38,560 nt of DNA. It comes from a virus. Lineage: Duplodnaviria > Heunggongvirae > Uroviricota > Caudoviricetes. Below are positions 27,540 through 36,552 of this stretch, piece after piece. Within the stretch, counting starts at the first letter, position 1. The number at the start of each line of letters is the position of its first letter. Made by a program: the position numbers and the translations under genes. A model generated the notes under the pieces. It was not told the origin of the DNA and searched no databases. It was given only the letters and a program-made list of their open reading frames with translations. The stretch spans positions 1-38,560 of the IMG/VR virus record IMGVR_UViG_2529292890_000001; one strand, given 5' to 3'.

Positions 27540-29215
27540 TGTGATTGCCCACCCTGACCACTAACTGCATTCGCCATAGCTGACAAAACACTCGGATCCG
27601 AAGTTTTAGCTTCACTTAGCGTCTTGGCACCCTGTGCCGCCGCCATCCCCATCGCCATCATTTGTTGCTGCTGTTGTTGCTGTGCCCGTTGCTGGCGAGC
27701 CTGCTCAACCTGTTCCTGCGGAACAATGACGGTTGGAGACACTCCGGACATATCAGCGAATGCATCGATCGCCTGATCAACGTTGAGTTTGTCGAGAGCT
27801 TCTGGTTTCGCTTGCGCAAGTTGACCAATGAAGTTAACCGTGGACGCCAGACTGGACAGGCCGATAGACTTCTGCGCCTGAGCCATGACGGAAATGTATT
27901 CGACCTTCAGGGGCATGCCTTCCATCGCGTCAGGCGGTGGCGGCAGCATGTTTTTACGCACCATCATCGAGAAAGAGCGATCAATGAGAGGATTAAGACA
28001 TTCGTCGTTCAGGCGCTCCAGAACCGGCCCCAACATCAGAAGTTTTTCTTCTTTCATTTCGATCACCGCTTCCACAGGCATCGAGCGGGTATTGATGTTC
28101 TGCAACATCATGAACAGATCGACAAAGTAGGCGCTGTTAATGATTTGACGAGTGTCCTGAATGTCTGCCACCAAATCTGCTGTACTGGGGTTAACCAGAT
28201 AAGCAGGCCTGAAACCATCCTGACCAGTAATCTGATCGATATACGTGATGTCGCCAGGAAGAAGGGAGGCGCGCTGATTCTTGAGGGAAGTCGGAGCAAC
28301 CATCGGCGGATTGGTGGCTTTATCAATCAACTGCGACTTGCGCTTCTGGAGAAGCTGCAATGCCTTAACAGGTCCAAGCGCCAGCATACCCGGGCATGAT
28401 GATCCATAAACATCTTCGCCGTTAACTTCCCAGCGCGGAGCCATAATTGGAAACTCATCGAATCCGGACTCACGCAACAACTTGTCGTTATCGCCACCAA
28501 CCTCGTAATAAACCGATTTGAATGGCTTGTTCTTGCTATCCAGCTTCGATGTATCGCGGTCAATGTTCGGGTAAACCGAATGCATCACTTCAATCCACTT
28601 CTCGTAGGTGCCGCTTTCCCACATGCTTTTTACGGATTCGCTGACGTTATTTAGCCCGAACTCCTGAACAAGCTGACGAACAGTCATAGAGAACTTGCGA
28701 AAACAGGTGTCCACACTGCCACGAGGTGAGTTAGCCAGGTAGTAACTGCCTATCGGGAATGGCATTGTGCGAATGATGTCCTCGTCATCCTCCAGCACCG
28801 CCATTGCACCAGTGCTGTATGTGCCGAGGCTTCCGTATAACTGCGGAAGAGACTGGTAGAGATTCGACTTATTGAACATATCGTTCATGCGGTTCTGCAC
28901 CGCCTCGAGCCACAACTTAACAGGACCATAATCCATCATTTCAGGATCTGGCGTAGCCAGGCGAAACCACGGACGCGCAGGGCTTGTGATGCCTGACATC
29001 ATGCCGCTGGCGAGAGTGCGCGCCGCCATAGTCCCGGTCGAATCAATAATGCGTGTATTGCGTCGATCGTTACGGTTGACTTCAGAAGTCAGAAAGCGGG
29101 AACCACGCGGGTTGATGTAATCACTCAACTCGCGCCAGTGCGGCTCGAACGACTGACGCTCGCTTTCAAGTTGTGCGAACTGTTTGTTCAATCGCTCTTT
29201 AGTTGTTTCCGCCAT
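27536..29215 (-). CDS. Portal protein
   Basis: 559 aa; typical size; C-terminal poly-Q/Ala/Met tail; follows the packaging genes. Confidence 0.7.
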   Translation of the reverse strand: MAETTKERLNKQFAQLESERQSFEPHWRELSDYINPRGSRFLTSEVNRNDRRNTRIIDSTGTMAARTLASGMMSGITSPARPWFRLATPDPEMMDYGPVKLWLEAVQNRMNDMFNKSNLYQSLPQLYGSLGTYSTGAMAVLEDDEDIIRTMPFPIGSYYLANSPRGSVDTCFRKFSMTVRQLVQEFGLNNVSESVKSMWESGTYEKWIEVMHSVYPNIDRDTSKLDSKNKPFKSVYYEVGGDNDKLLRESGFDEFPIMAPRWEVNGEDVYGSSCPGMLALGPVKALQLLQKRKSQLIDKATNPPMVAPTSLKNQRASLLPGDITYIDQITGQDGFRPAYLVNPSTADLVADIQDTRQIINSAYFVDLFMMLQNINTRSMPVEAVIEMKEEKLLMLGPVLERLNDECLNPLIDRSFSMMVRKNMLPPPPDAMEGMPLKVEYISVMAQAQKSIGLSSLASTVNFIGQLAQAKPEALDKLNVDQAIDAFADMSGVSPTVIVPQEQVEQARQQRAQQQQQQQMMAMGMAAAQGAKTLSEAKTSDPSVLSAMANAVSGQGGQSQ

Positions 29216-29229
29216 TTCAATGACTCCGG

Positions 29230-29436
29230 TTACTGACCAAGCAGCGTTTTACCGCTGGTATTAGCGGTTGATGTGTCGCCCTGAGAACCGGTAAGCAGCG
29301 TAGAACTACGACCAGCAGCAGCGCGACGGCGACGTGTTTCTTCGTCGCGGGCATCAACAACGGCGGCATCCTGCTCCTGTGGTGCTGCCTGAACTTCTGG
29401 TGTTGCAGGCACTGATGGTGAGCTACCCATGCACAT
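29230..29436 (-). CDS. Small acidic low-complexity protein upstream of portal
   Basis: 68 aa; its stop lies 15 nt upstream of the portal ATG with GGAG between; an alternative overlapping frame 29217-29456 also exists. Confidence 0.35.
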   Translation of the reverse strand: MCMGSSPSVPATPEVQAAPQEQDAAVVDARDEETRRRRAAAGRSSTLLTGSQGDTSTANTSGKTLLGQ

Positions 29437-29525
29437 ATCAATGACTCCGTACGCAATTAAATTATTACCAATTTAACCACATATGATTTATTTATCGTAG
29501 AAGGTTGACATTTAACGCGTTAATT

Positions 29526-29542
29526 ATTACCTTTCAGGTAAC
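29526..29542 (-). promoter_or_regulatory. Dispersed palindrome copy C: ATTACC-TTTCA-GGTAAC
   Basis: About 90 bp upstream of the small ORF/portal operon; half-site ATTACC (29464-29469) plus AACCACATATG (29475-29485) nearby; a TTGACA hexamer at 29505-29510. Confidence 0.55.
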
Positions 29543-29863
29543 CAAAGGGCTCATTCTGGTTACTAACCTGACTGGCTTGTCGTTAAATTAAACAGGTGGA
29601 GTGAGCTTTTATTTTGAGCAGTACGGCGTATGGCACATGCGCCGATAGCGGTCTGGATACGTTTAAGGGGCACCCTCCCTTGCTCGGGCAAACGAACCAG
29701 GTAGCCGGAATGTGCAAGTCGAGCGGTTTTATTCCGCGCACGGGGATTCACCATCCCGGCGATTCGGTGTGACGCCTCGGAAGAGACGAGGGTACAACGA
29801 TGAGAGCATTTATGGAGCCGCGACAAAGTGTGGCGCCTTAACAGGCTAAGTGCTCTCAGCGTT

Positions 29864-29940
29864 GTGGCATTAGCTCAGTTGGACAGAGCAACCGCCTTCT
29901 AAGCGGTTGGTCGCAGGTTCGAATCCTGCATGCCACGCCA
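29864..29940 (+). tRNA. tRNA-Arg (anticodon UCU), phage-borne
   Basis: 77 nt; acceptor GTGGCAT/ATGCCAC; D arm GCTC/GAGC; anticodon stem accgc/gcggt with loop CTTCTAA; T arm gcagg-TTCGAAT-cctgc; discriminator G plus CCA. Confidence 0.85.
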
Positions 29941-30103
29941 GAATCACGCCTAAGGACCGTGATGCCAGAAGTTCCAGGTGCTTGGCGGGGATAGTTTCCC
30001 TTGAAGGACTATCACCGCCCTTTTTACAGCAGGACGCCATTGCGATGACTTCATGCTGTAAACCCGTACAGCCACGGAAGGCATAACTCATTGCTTCCAG
30101 TTC

Positions 30104-30127
30104 GCCCGGTTCGCCGGGCATTTTTTT
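30104..30127 (+). terminator. Rho-independent terminator after the tRNA
   Basis: gcccgg-ttcg-ccgggc followed by A then T7. Confidence 0.6.
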
Positions 30128-30138
30128 AAGGTGAGATT

Positions 30139-30513
30139 ATGAACGACCAGCAAATCGAAAAAGAAATCGTTGAGAAAGGCAAAACCGCTCCGCGTGTAAC
30201 ACCCGAGAAAATTGAAGGCCTCATTTGCAGTGAGCATTTTTTCACTGCTGCGCAGGGTGACCACCAGGCTAAAGAAGATGACCTTATTTATAATCCGGAG
30301 CCTTATGTCGAAGCCACCCCTGATGCTCTGCACCTTCTCACTTTCTGCGTATTGGTACTGAAGAATGGCTTCACCGTTACCGGAGAGAGTGCCTGTGCAA
30401 GCCCGGAAAACTTTGATGCAGAAATTGGTCGGAAGATTGCCCGGCAGAATGCTGTAAACAAAATCTGGATGCTCGAAGGTTACTTGCTGAAGCAGAAGTT
30501 AAGCGAGCAATAA
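30139..30513 (+). CDS. Phage Gp49/Gp66-like protein (function unknown)
   Basis: 124 aa; recalled family pattern (KGKTAPRVTPEKIEGLI...TVTGESAC...); RBS AAGGTGAG; plus strand against the minus-strand structural operon. Confidence 0.45.
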   Translation: MNDQQIEKEIVEKGKTAPRVTPEKIEGLICSEHFFTAAQGDHQAKEDDLIYNPEPYVEATPDALHLLTFCVLVLKNGFTVTGESACASPENFDAEIGRKIARQNAVNKIWMLEGYLLKQKLSEQ

Positions 30514-30533
30514 CACCGTGACATGTCACAAAC

Positions 30534-30560
30534 AGCCAGCCGATGAGCTGGCTTTGTTTT
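30534..30560 (+). terminator. Rho-independent terminator
   Basis: agccagc-cgatga-gctggct followed by TTTGTTTT. Confidence 0.65.
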
Positions 30561-30603
30561 ATCCTCACCAGAGGATATCAGCAGTATTATCCCCACCAGC
30601 GGA

Positions 30604-32079
30604 TTAAGCATAAGGGTCATAATCCGTTATGGCCCTTCCCTGCTGGCTTTGCTGTCCAGGTATATTTATGCGTTTCGAGACCGGGAAAGCAAACGTCAGC
30701 AGTAGCGCATCGCCTTTACCAGGAGAACGCCCAAGTCGCTCTTTGATATCTTCCTTCGGTTCGATAACGATTTTACCGTCCACTCGAACTTTGTACTCTG
30801 CCGCCGACAGGTCGTCTGCTGTTTCCTGGTCATCCAGCATGCCGCCCAGCCTCAGCCATGTCTTGCATGAATTGAACATCTCCCCACGCTTGTTGAGCAT
30901 CTGCGGGTCAGTAGACGCGCCACCGAACGGAACAAGTTGCCATGTACGACCCCAGCCGTCACCGATTGACTTCAAACCGGTTCCGTAACCGAAGTCGATG
31001 AACACCGCGTCAGCCTGATACTGGTCTTCAAAGTCAGCGATACGCTTCGCCATAATCAGATCGTCGGTAGTCTTGTTGCCAGTCCACAGCACCTTACTGT
31101 GTAGCCCCTGCCGCAGGTATATCACAGCGTCATCAACGCCGGAGTATGCCGGGTCAACGCCGATTATCACCGGAGCATGTGCAACCTGCGCAGCGGTTAC
31201 CACCCGTTTCATTGCCTCGTCAGTAAGACCGGTAGGGATAAACTGCAATTCAGATGCATCAGGGAATATGCCACGCACACGGATTTTAACGAAGTCGCTG
31301 TCTTCCCCGTAGTCATCAACCCATTTCTGCAACTGCTGTTTGTTAGTGCCTTCCACCGTCCGGCTGTCAATCTGCGCAGTTTTCCAGCGGTGTTTATATT
31401 TGCGGAAACATTCGCGAAAACGCCCGGTGTTACGTGTAGGGTTTCCGAACGCCACCCAGATAATCTCAGTGTCTTCGTCCGTAAGCGCACCCTCGGCAAC
31501 TTCCCACACCAGATCCGCAATGTTCGACGCTTCATCAAACACCACGATGATGCGTTTGCGCTCGTTGTGTAGTCCGGCGAATGCCTCGGTGTTGTGCTCA
31601 GACCAGGGTATTGCGTCAGCCCGCCACCGCTTGTCGTGCCCTAGGTCATTGCTGTACATCGCGGTAGCGGTACAGGTAAACCAGTCTTTCGTGATAGCAA
31701 GGTTCGACCACTTGATAATTTCCGGCCAGGTCTTCGTTCGTAGCTGGTTGTCGGTGTTGGCGGTCACCACGACCTTACAATCCTCGCAAGTGGACATGCC
31801 CCAGTTGATCAGCATTGAGATGAATGCGGATTTACCAATACCGTGACCAGAAGCGCGTGCCAGCATAAGCGGCTGATAGCGCGTCTCTGGATTCTGCAGG
31901 TGATCACGTATCTCTCGGAACGCATCAGCCTGCCACTGACGTGGGCCGGTGGCATGTGCCAGTTCAGTCCCCTCTTCCCCCCATGGGAACGCATAGAGGG
32001 CATAGCCAAGCGGATCGTGAGTGAACCCTGCAATATCCTCGATTAACTGCTCTTCAGGAGATAACGCTGTATCTGTCAC
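30604..32079 (-). CDS. Terminase large subunit
   Basis: 491 aa; Walker A-like SGHGIGKS; acidic catalytic residues in the N-terminal ATPase and C-terminal nuclease parts; follows TerS with overlap. Confidence 0.85.
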   Translation of the reverse strand: MTDTALSPEEQLIEDIAGFTHDPLGYALYAFPWGEEGTELAHATGPRQWQADAFREIRDHLQNPETRYQPLMLARASGHGIGKSAFISMLINWGMSTCEDCKVVVTANTDNQLRTKTWPEIIKWSNLAITKDWFTCTATAMYSNDLGHDKRWRADAIPWSEHNTEAFAGLHNERKRIIVVFDEASNIADLVWEVAEGALTDEDTEIIWVAFGNPTRNTGRFRECFRKYKHRWKTAQIDSRTVEGTNKQQLQKWVDDYGEDSDFVKIRVRGIFPDASELQFIPTGLTDEAMKRVVTAAQVAHAPVIIGVDPAYSGVDDAVIYLRQGLHSKVLWTGNKTTDDLIMAKRIADFEDQYQADAVFIDFGYGTGLKSIGDGWGRTWQLVPFGGASTDPQMLNKRGEMFNSCKTWLRLGGMLDDQETADDLSAAEYKVRVDGKIVIEPKEDIKERLGRSPGKGDALLLTFAFPVSKRINIPGQQSQQGRAITDYDPYA

Positions 32080-32672
32080 TGATTGCCATCCTGACGTTCT
32101 TTCAGTCTCTTCCTGGCTGCCGCTATGCGATCAGCAATTGTCACATTCACATTAACATCCAGGCGTTCTTTGAATGCGTTGACGTCGACGTGCTTACCAA
32201 TCAGTTCGAGGTTCTTCACCTTGTCAGGCCATTTAATTTTTTTGAGGATTGTCTCTATCGAATCCTCGTTCATGTTCATGATGGTCGATGACAGATCAAA
32301 GCCACTAAGCGTAGTGCGCCAGATTTTCGGCCACTCGCGGATTGGCTTAAGGCTCCCATCGTCGTTGAGGATGTCGATCACGTCCATCTGGTCGATCTCC
32401 ACCAGGCGCATGAGAACGTAATCAGCACTGACGCGCATTCGTTTGTTGCGCTCTTCCATCAGCTCGGCAATCCGTTTTTGAATGCGTTCATCGCGCATCA
32501 TGAGACTGGCTTTAACTGCCGCTGTATTTGGGGAGAATCCTGCGTTAATCGCAGCCTGAGTCTGGTTTTCAGGCGTTTGGATGTATGACTGGCAATAAGC
32601 CTCCTGCATTGCTGTTAGTGGCTTAAATTGCGTTGATTTGCGTTTATAGGTTTTAGGTTCAGCAGGCATCAT
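32076..32672 (-). CDS. Terminase small subunit
   Basis: HTH-like KPLTAMQEAYCQSYIQTPENQTQAAINAGFS; directly upstream of and overlapping TerL; start taken at ATG 32672 (track ORF extends on a TTG to 32750). Confidence 0.7.
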   Translation of the reverse strand: MMPAEPKTYKRKSTQFKPLTAMQEAYCQSYIQTPENQTQAAINAGFSPNTAAVKASLMMRDERIQKRIAELMEERNKRMRVSADYVLMRLVEIDQMDVIDILNDDGSLKPIREWPKIWRTTLSGFDLSSTIMNMNEDSIETILKKIKWPDKVKNLELIGKHVDVNAFKERLDVNVNVTIADRIAAARKRLKERQDGNQ

Positions 32673-32681
32673 AACCACCGT

Positions 32682-32711
32682 GGTAATAGTTACCGTTGTG
32701 GTAATAGTACC
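32682..32711. repeat. Tandem direct repeat GGTAATAGT(T)ACC x2 just upstream of terS
   Basis: ggtaatagttacc (32682-32694) and ggtaatagtacc (32700-32711); each is an everted GGTAA/TTACC palindrome sharing the half-site of the dispersed motif. Confidence 0.5.
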
Positions 32712-32746
32712 ATGCAAAATAAAGCCGCCATAGTTGGCGGCAGTAT

Positions 32747-32980
32747 TCAAAGTCCATCAAATTCATCGTAAAAACTCTCGTCAAGATACCCTTCCCATTT
32801 ACCGCGAATGAAAATTACATCCTCGCCGCAAGGGTGCTGACTGTCGATAACTATATCCCTCCTGGCGCAACCATACTTATGCATGAGAAATTTAACCTCT
32901 TTCGGAAAATTTGCTGAGTTATCTCTCATATCTTCAAGGTCGTAGCGTATTTTTGGCATAACACCTTCGTGACATGTCAC
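32747..32980 (-). CDS. Hypothetical protein
   Basis: 77-aa ORF upstream of terS; no recognisable motif. Confidence 0.35.
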   Translation of the reverse strand: MTCHEGVMPKIRYDLEDMRDNSANFPKEVKFLMHKYGCARRDIVIDSQHPCGEDVIFIRGKWEGYLDESFYDEFDGL

Positions 32981-33318
32981 ACTATTAATTTCGTTTCATG
33001 CCAGCCTTTAGTCACCCAGCATTGCGAGTCACCATTACACGGGCATGAATTAACGGGAACTCTCTCGCCGCACTTACCGCAAAGTTTTCTGCTGATCGAT
33101 TTTATACGCCCGCGCACACGTGCATCATCCTGGCGGATCAGCAGCGCGATGTACTCGGCCATTTCATAGGGATCGTGACCAGGGCGCCGGGCGGCGCAGT
33201 TCCGCGCCAGCATTTCCTGCTCCTGCTTATCCAGCACCAGTTCAATTTTGCGCTCACCGGCGGCGGACTGCCGAGCGCGCTGCGCGGCTTTGCGCTCTGC
33301 TGCTGATTTAGCCATCAA
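32977..33318 (-). CDS. Basic protein with C-terminal Cys-rich zinc-finger-like motif (candidate late-gene regulator)
   Basis: 113 aa; Arg/Lys/Ala-rich N terminus and C-terminal CGKCGERVPVNSCPCNGDSQC; lies where lambdoid phages place Q. Confidence 0.4.
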   Translation of the reverse strand: MMAKSAAERKAAQRARQSAAGERKIELVLDKQEQEMLARNCAARRPGHDPYEMAEYIALLIRQDDARVRGRIKSISRKLCGKCGERVPVNSCPCNGDSQCWVTKGWHETKLIV

Positions 33319-33589
33319 TATTCACCTTTATAGCGAACACCTTTACCGGTTTATCGCCGAAGTGCGGATGTGTGATTGTCTTGATTTCATATCCGTCATA
33401 CGGGACGTCAATTCTGCGGCTGGAATCGTCGCGCTTCGGATATCCCTTTGTGATAATCAGGCGGTCATACTCGCGGAACATAATTCGCTTATTCCAGTAG
33501 TCATTACACAGGCGATACTCTTCCGTTTTCTCTCCGCGAATCATGGCATCGAAGTATTCACCTTTAACGGCAAGTTGCAGGTTAGCCAC
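33308..33589 (-). CDS. ASCH/PUA-like small protein
   Basis: 93 aa; pattern LAVKGEYFDAMIRGEKTEEYR ... KVFAIKV resembles the ASCH/DUF3850 fold; tentative. Confidence 0.35.
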   Translation of the reverse strand: MANLQLAVKGEYFDAMIRGEKTEEYRLCNDYWNKRIMFREYDRLIITKGYPKRDDSSRRIDVPYDGYEIKTITHPHFGDKPVKVFAIKVNIDG

Positions 33590-33869
33590 GACCTTCCTCC
33601 TTTGGCTTGTGAATTTGTATCGTCATGCCGCTTTGAGTGGTGACTACAACGACAGAACCAGGCTGAAGACTGTTAAGATTGAATGCTTCGTAAAACGAAG
33701 CCAAGGCCAGCGCTTTTTTATTCTTTCGGTTCCACCAACGCCATCCATTGCTACAGGCTACACTGACAATCCACTGTCCACTCCTGTAAGCCATATAAAA
33801 CCAGATGAGCAAAACCTGAATGAATGCTATCCAGTCAATAATCGTATATTTCGCGAAGGAGACCATCAA
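33582..33869 (-). CDS. Small membrane protein
   Basis: 95 aa with two hydrophobic segments. Confidence 0.35.
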   Translation of the reverse strand: MMVSFAKYTIIDWIAFIQVLLIWFYMAYRSGQWIVSVACSNGWRWWNRKNKKALALASFYEAFNLNSLQPGSVVVVTTQSGMTIQIHKPKEEGRG

Positions 33870-34615
33870 TTAACCTCCTGCGGCGGTTCCGGTAGAGGCA
33901 TCCAGTACAAGGCGTTCCCTAACCACGATAAAGTGCCGTCGCTCAACTCCACGTATTCCCCTTGTACCTGTCCTGCCATATACTCGCCGTGCTTTGAATA
34001 AATTAAAATCCAATCATCTTGAGCGGGCATTCGCTCACTACAGCTTATCCAACCATCCGGAGTTACCGGATAGTTGCCAGCCTGAACAGTAGGCATATCA
34101 GGACCTTTGCGAATCGCCCTGGCAAGATCGATTGGGTCGTCGTACAACCAGTCACCTGTTTGCGGATGATTGGCTTCTGCCAATTGTGCAGCCCACTCCA
34201 GGCCGTCTTTGTGTCCTTGCAGATAGTCCAGCGGTAACTCATCACTATTACTTACAGGTTCGGCCTGAAGCATGGCGGCGCGGCAGGCGTTCCAGCCTCT
34301 CACCTCTGCAATAGCGGCAACAGCATCGACCGCGTACATTTTAAGAGGGTTAGGCATTGGTTTTTCTTCAGGTACTACTGGCACTGGAGGGGCGGCATAA
34401 ACAGGAATAACGTCCGATTGCTCTTTATTGCTTTCATCCGTCAAAGCCCAGAATAATTTCCCGGCCGGATGTTTGAAAATATAAGCAACTGGATCTGCTT
34501 CCAGCGATGCCAGTGCAATTTCATAAGCCCGGCGTTCAATATTGTCTCGAACGTCCAGGCTGCTGATACGCTCTTTGATTTCTTTAATCAGTTCTTTGTC
34601 GGTAAAAGTAGTCAT
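33866..34615 (-). CDS. DUF551-domain phage protein
   Basis: 249 aa; C-terminal GWISCSERMPAQDDWILIY...YWMPLPEPP matches the DUF551 pattern common in enterobacterial prophage early regions. Confidence 0.5.
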   Translation of the reverse strand: MTTFTDKELIKEIKERISSLDVRDNIERRAYEIALASLEADPVAYIFKHPAGKLFWALTDESNKEQSDVIPVYAAPPVPVVPEEKPMPNPLKMYAVDAVAAIAEVRGWNACRAAMLQAEPVSNSDELPLDYLQGHKDGLEWAAQLAEANHPQTGDWLYDDPIDLARAIRKGPDMPTVQAGNYPVTPDGWISCSERMPAQDDWILIYSKHGEYMAGQVQGEYVELSDGTLSWLGNALYWMPLPEPPQEVN

Positions 34616-34618
34616 GTG

Positions 34619-34927
34619 TTAGTCCTCATCCACTTCAACGCCATCTTTCAGCGTGATGCCGTGCCAATCATCAGCCCAACTGGTTAGCCCTGGCGCATCA
34701 ATGCTAGGCATATAAACGCTTGCAGTGTGGTAGCCCTTATCGTTATCAATGCTGGCAACGTGCTCGCCGTTGTATGCGCTCAGCGTGTCCAGGACGCTAT
34801 AAAACTTTCCTCCGGCTGCCCTGAAATCCTTTACAGCCTTCACAAGGCGATTCCACGCTTTTTCCTGTTCTGGCGTCAGGTCGATTAATTCCTGCAAAGT
34901 TGCCATATCACTCTCCTTTGATGCCAA
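34619..34927 (-). CDS. Hypothetical acidic protein
   Basis: 102-aa ORF in the early/nin-like block. Confidence 0.35.
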   Translation of the reverse strand: MASKESDMATLQELIDLTPEQEKAWNRLVKAVKDFRAAGGKFYSVLDTLSAYNGEHVASIDNDKGYHTASVYMPSIDAPGLTSWADDWHGITLKDGVEVDED

Positions 34928-35564
34928 TGTTTACAGCCTGACAAGCCTCTTTGAGCACCCAGTCAACAGCGTCTTTCCATGCTCCGGTTTCGACTGGCGG
35001 ATTTTCACGCTTAACCTGTTCATAGAAGCGCACTGCTTTAACCAGTCCTTCCGGTACTACTGGCGATGGTTGTTTAGCTTCTAAATCAGCAATTCTGTCA
35101 ACCACGACATCTACGGCATCTGAAAAGCCGAACCAGTTACTCCACTCCGGCCTATCCCCGGTTGCTGCAAAGTACATATCAGCTAAAGCAGACTCAGCAT
35201 GGTCACGCTCATCGATGAGTTGCTCTTCGCTTTTCTCCAGTTCAGCAATACGCTTACTCCCATCCGAGATAACACCTTCGTAATACTCACGCTGCTCGTT
35301 GAGTTTTGATTTTGTCTCCTCAAGCTCAACTCTCAGCTTCCCTACCGTTAGCGCAATATCCTCGTTCTCCTGGTCGCGGCGTTTGATGTATTGCTGGTTT
35401 CTTTCCAGTTCATCCAGCAGTGCCAGCGCGATATCTGGCGAAAAGTGCTTCATAAAATCGTTAAGCGCATTAATTCGCTGATCGAAGGGCATTACAGGTG
35501 CTTCACCAGCAATTTTTGTTTTTTCAGCGATTTCACGAAGCTTTTGATAATCAATCTTGCTCAC
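34908..35564 (-). CDS. Ead/Ea22-like coiled-coil protein
   Basis: 218 aa; coiled-coil central region (…KLRVELEETKSKLNEQ…IAELEKSEEQL…) typical of Ea22-like prophage proteins. Confidence 0.4.
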   Translation of the reverse strand: MSKIDYQKLREIAEKTKIAGEAPVMPFDQRINALNDFMKHFSPDIALALLDELERNQQYIKRRDQENEDIALTVGKLRVELEETKSKLNEQREYYEGVISDGSKRIAELEKSEEQLIDERDHAESALADMYFAATGDRPEWSNWFGFSDAVDVVVDRIADLEAKQPSPVVPEGLVKAVRFYEQVKRENPPVETGAWKDAVDWVLKEACQAVNIGIKGE

Positions 35565-36079
35565 TGGTTGCCTCCTTTGCGAAGCTGGGCAGCAAAGTCA
35601 ACTAACCACTCAGTCATTTCAACCTTCCCTACCAGGTCTGAACCAGGGTGCATACAGCAATCACTCTGCGCCGCTTTGAAATCCTTATACTCATATTCTT
35701 GGGCCACCAGATTTTTTGCAGCTTCTATAGCAGCATCCACCCCCTGCGCCCGCACTTCAGACAGGAAAGCATCGGTGGCTGGCATATTTCCTGTTGCCTT
35801 CATTGCCTCCAAAATAACCAGAACGCCATCTCGCCCAATCTCCTCGCAGATAACCTCGGTGCTGTCGCCAACAACATCGCAAAATGCCTGAACTGCTTTA
35901 CGAGCCAGCGCATTCTCCGCAGCCAGCGCATTAGCACGCACCAGTTGCACTTCCAGTTGCGTTGCCAAATAGCTGATCAGCTTTGCCACACTGCGCATAT
36001 CAACGGCACCACATTCTGCTTTCAGTTCCGAAGCCATCTCATGCCCGGCGGCAACTAACCCTTTGATATTACTTTCCAT
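35561..36079 (-). CDS. Hypothetical protein
   Basis: 172-aa ORF, coupled to the downstream gene. Confidence 0.35.
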   Translation of the reverse strand: MESNIKGLVAAGHEMASELKAECGAVDMRSVAKLISYLATQLEVQLVRANALAAENALARKAVQAFCDVVGDSTEVICEEIGRDGVLVILEAMKATGNMPATDAFLSEVRAQGVDAAIEAAKNLVAQEYEYKDFKAAQSDCCMHPGSDLVGKVEMTEWLVDFAAQLRKGGNQ

Positions 36080-36140
36080 CTTTACCCTCGCTTATCCACA
36101 TAACTTATTGATTACATTGATAACTAAAAAGATCGTCGAT

Positions 36141-36488
36141 TCAGAACTCTTCGATGTTCCAGCCACCACCTGCTTTCTTTGGCTTAACCGTTACCCCGAT
36201 GATTCGGAACGGATACTGATCTGCGGCGACTTTGGTTTTCACTCTGGCGTCATCGGTCCAGAATCCCCCTTTCACTTCGTGCAGTTCCATCTCGCCGGTG
36301 GCGAGCATCACAGCAAAATCTGGCGTATAGAACGTGTTGTCAGCTAACCGCAGCTTGATACCCTCAAATCGATACCAGACGATTTCTCCTGCACGTTTAC
36401 GCAGCTCAAGGTGCTGGCAATACGCAGATTCTGTTTTGTTCATCTGGCCTGTTTTGAGTCGACCAAGAGCCTGCATCTGTTTTCTCAT
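36141..36488 (-). CDS. DUF1064-family phage protein (putative nuclease fold)
   Basis: 115 aa; pattern …LELRKRAGEIVWYRFEGIKLRL…YTPDFAV…KTKVAADQYPF… resembles DUF1064; first gene after the replication block. Confidence 0.5.
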   Translation of the reverse strand: MRKQMQALGRLKTGQMNKTESAYCQHLELRKRAGEIVWYRFEGIKLRLADNTFYTPDFAVMLATGEMELHEVKGGFWTDDARVKTKVAADQYPFRIIGVTVKPKKAGGGWNIEEF

Positions 36489-36490
36489 GA

Positions 36491-36507
36491 TTTACCCCTT
36501 AGGTAAT
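36491..36507 (-). promoter_or_regulatory. Dispersed palindrome copy D: TTTACC-CCTTA-GGTAAT
   Basis: Abuts the DUF1064 start codon; followed by ACCACATAAG (36512-36521). Confidence 0.5.
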
Positions 36508-36552
36508 TAAAAACCACATAAGACACGAAATCAATAGATTTTAGAATATTTT

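Noticed and set aside
29563-30121. Minus-strand ORFs 29563-29826 (87 aa) and 29870-30121 (83 aa)
   Set aside because: Arg-rich low-quality ORFs; the second overlaps the tRNA-Arg gene and its terminator; most likely spurious
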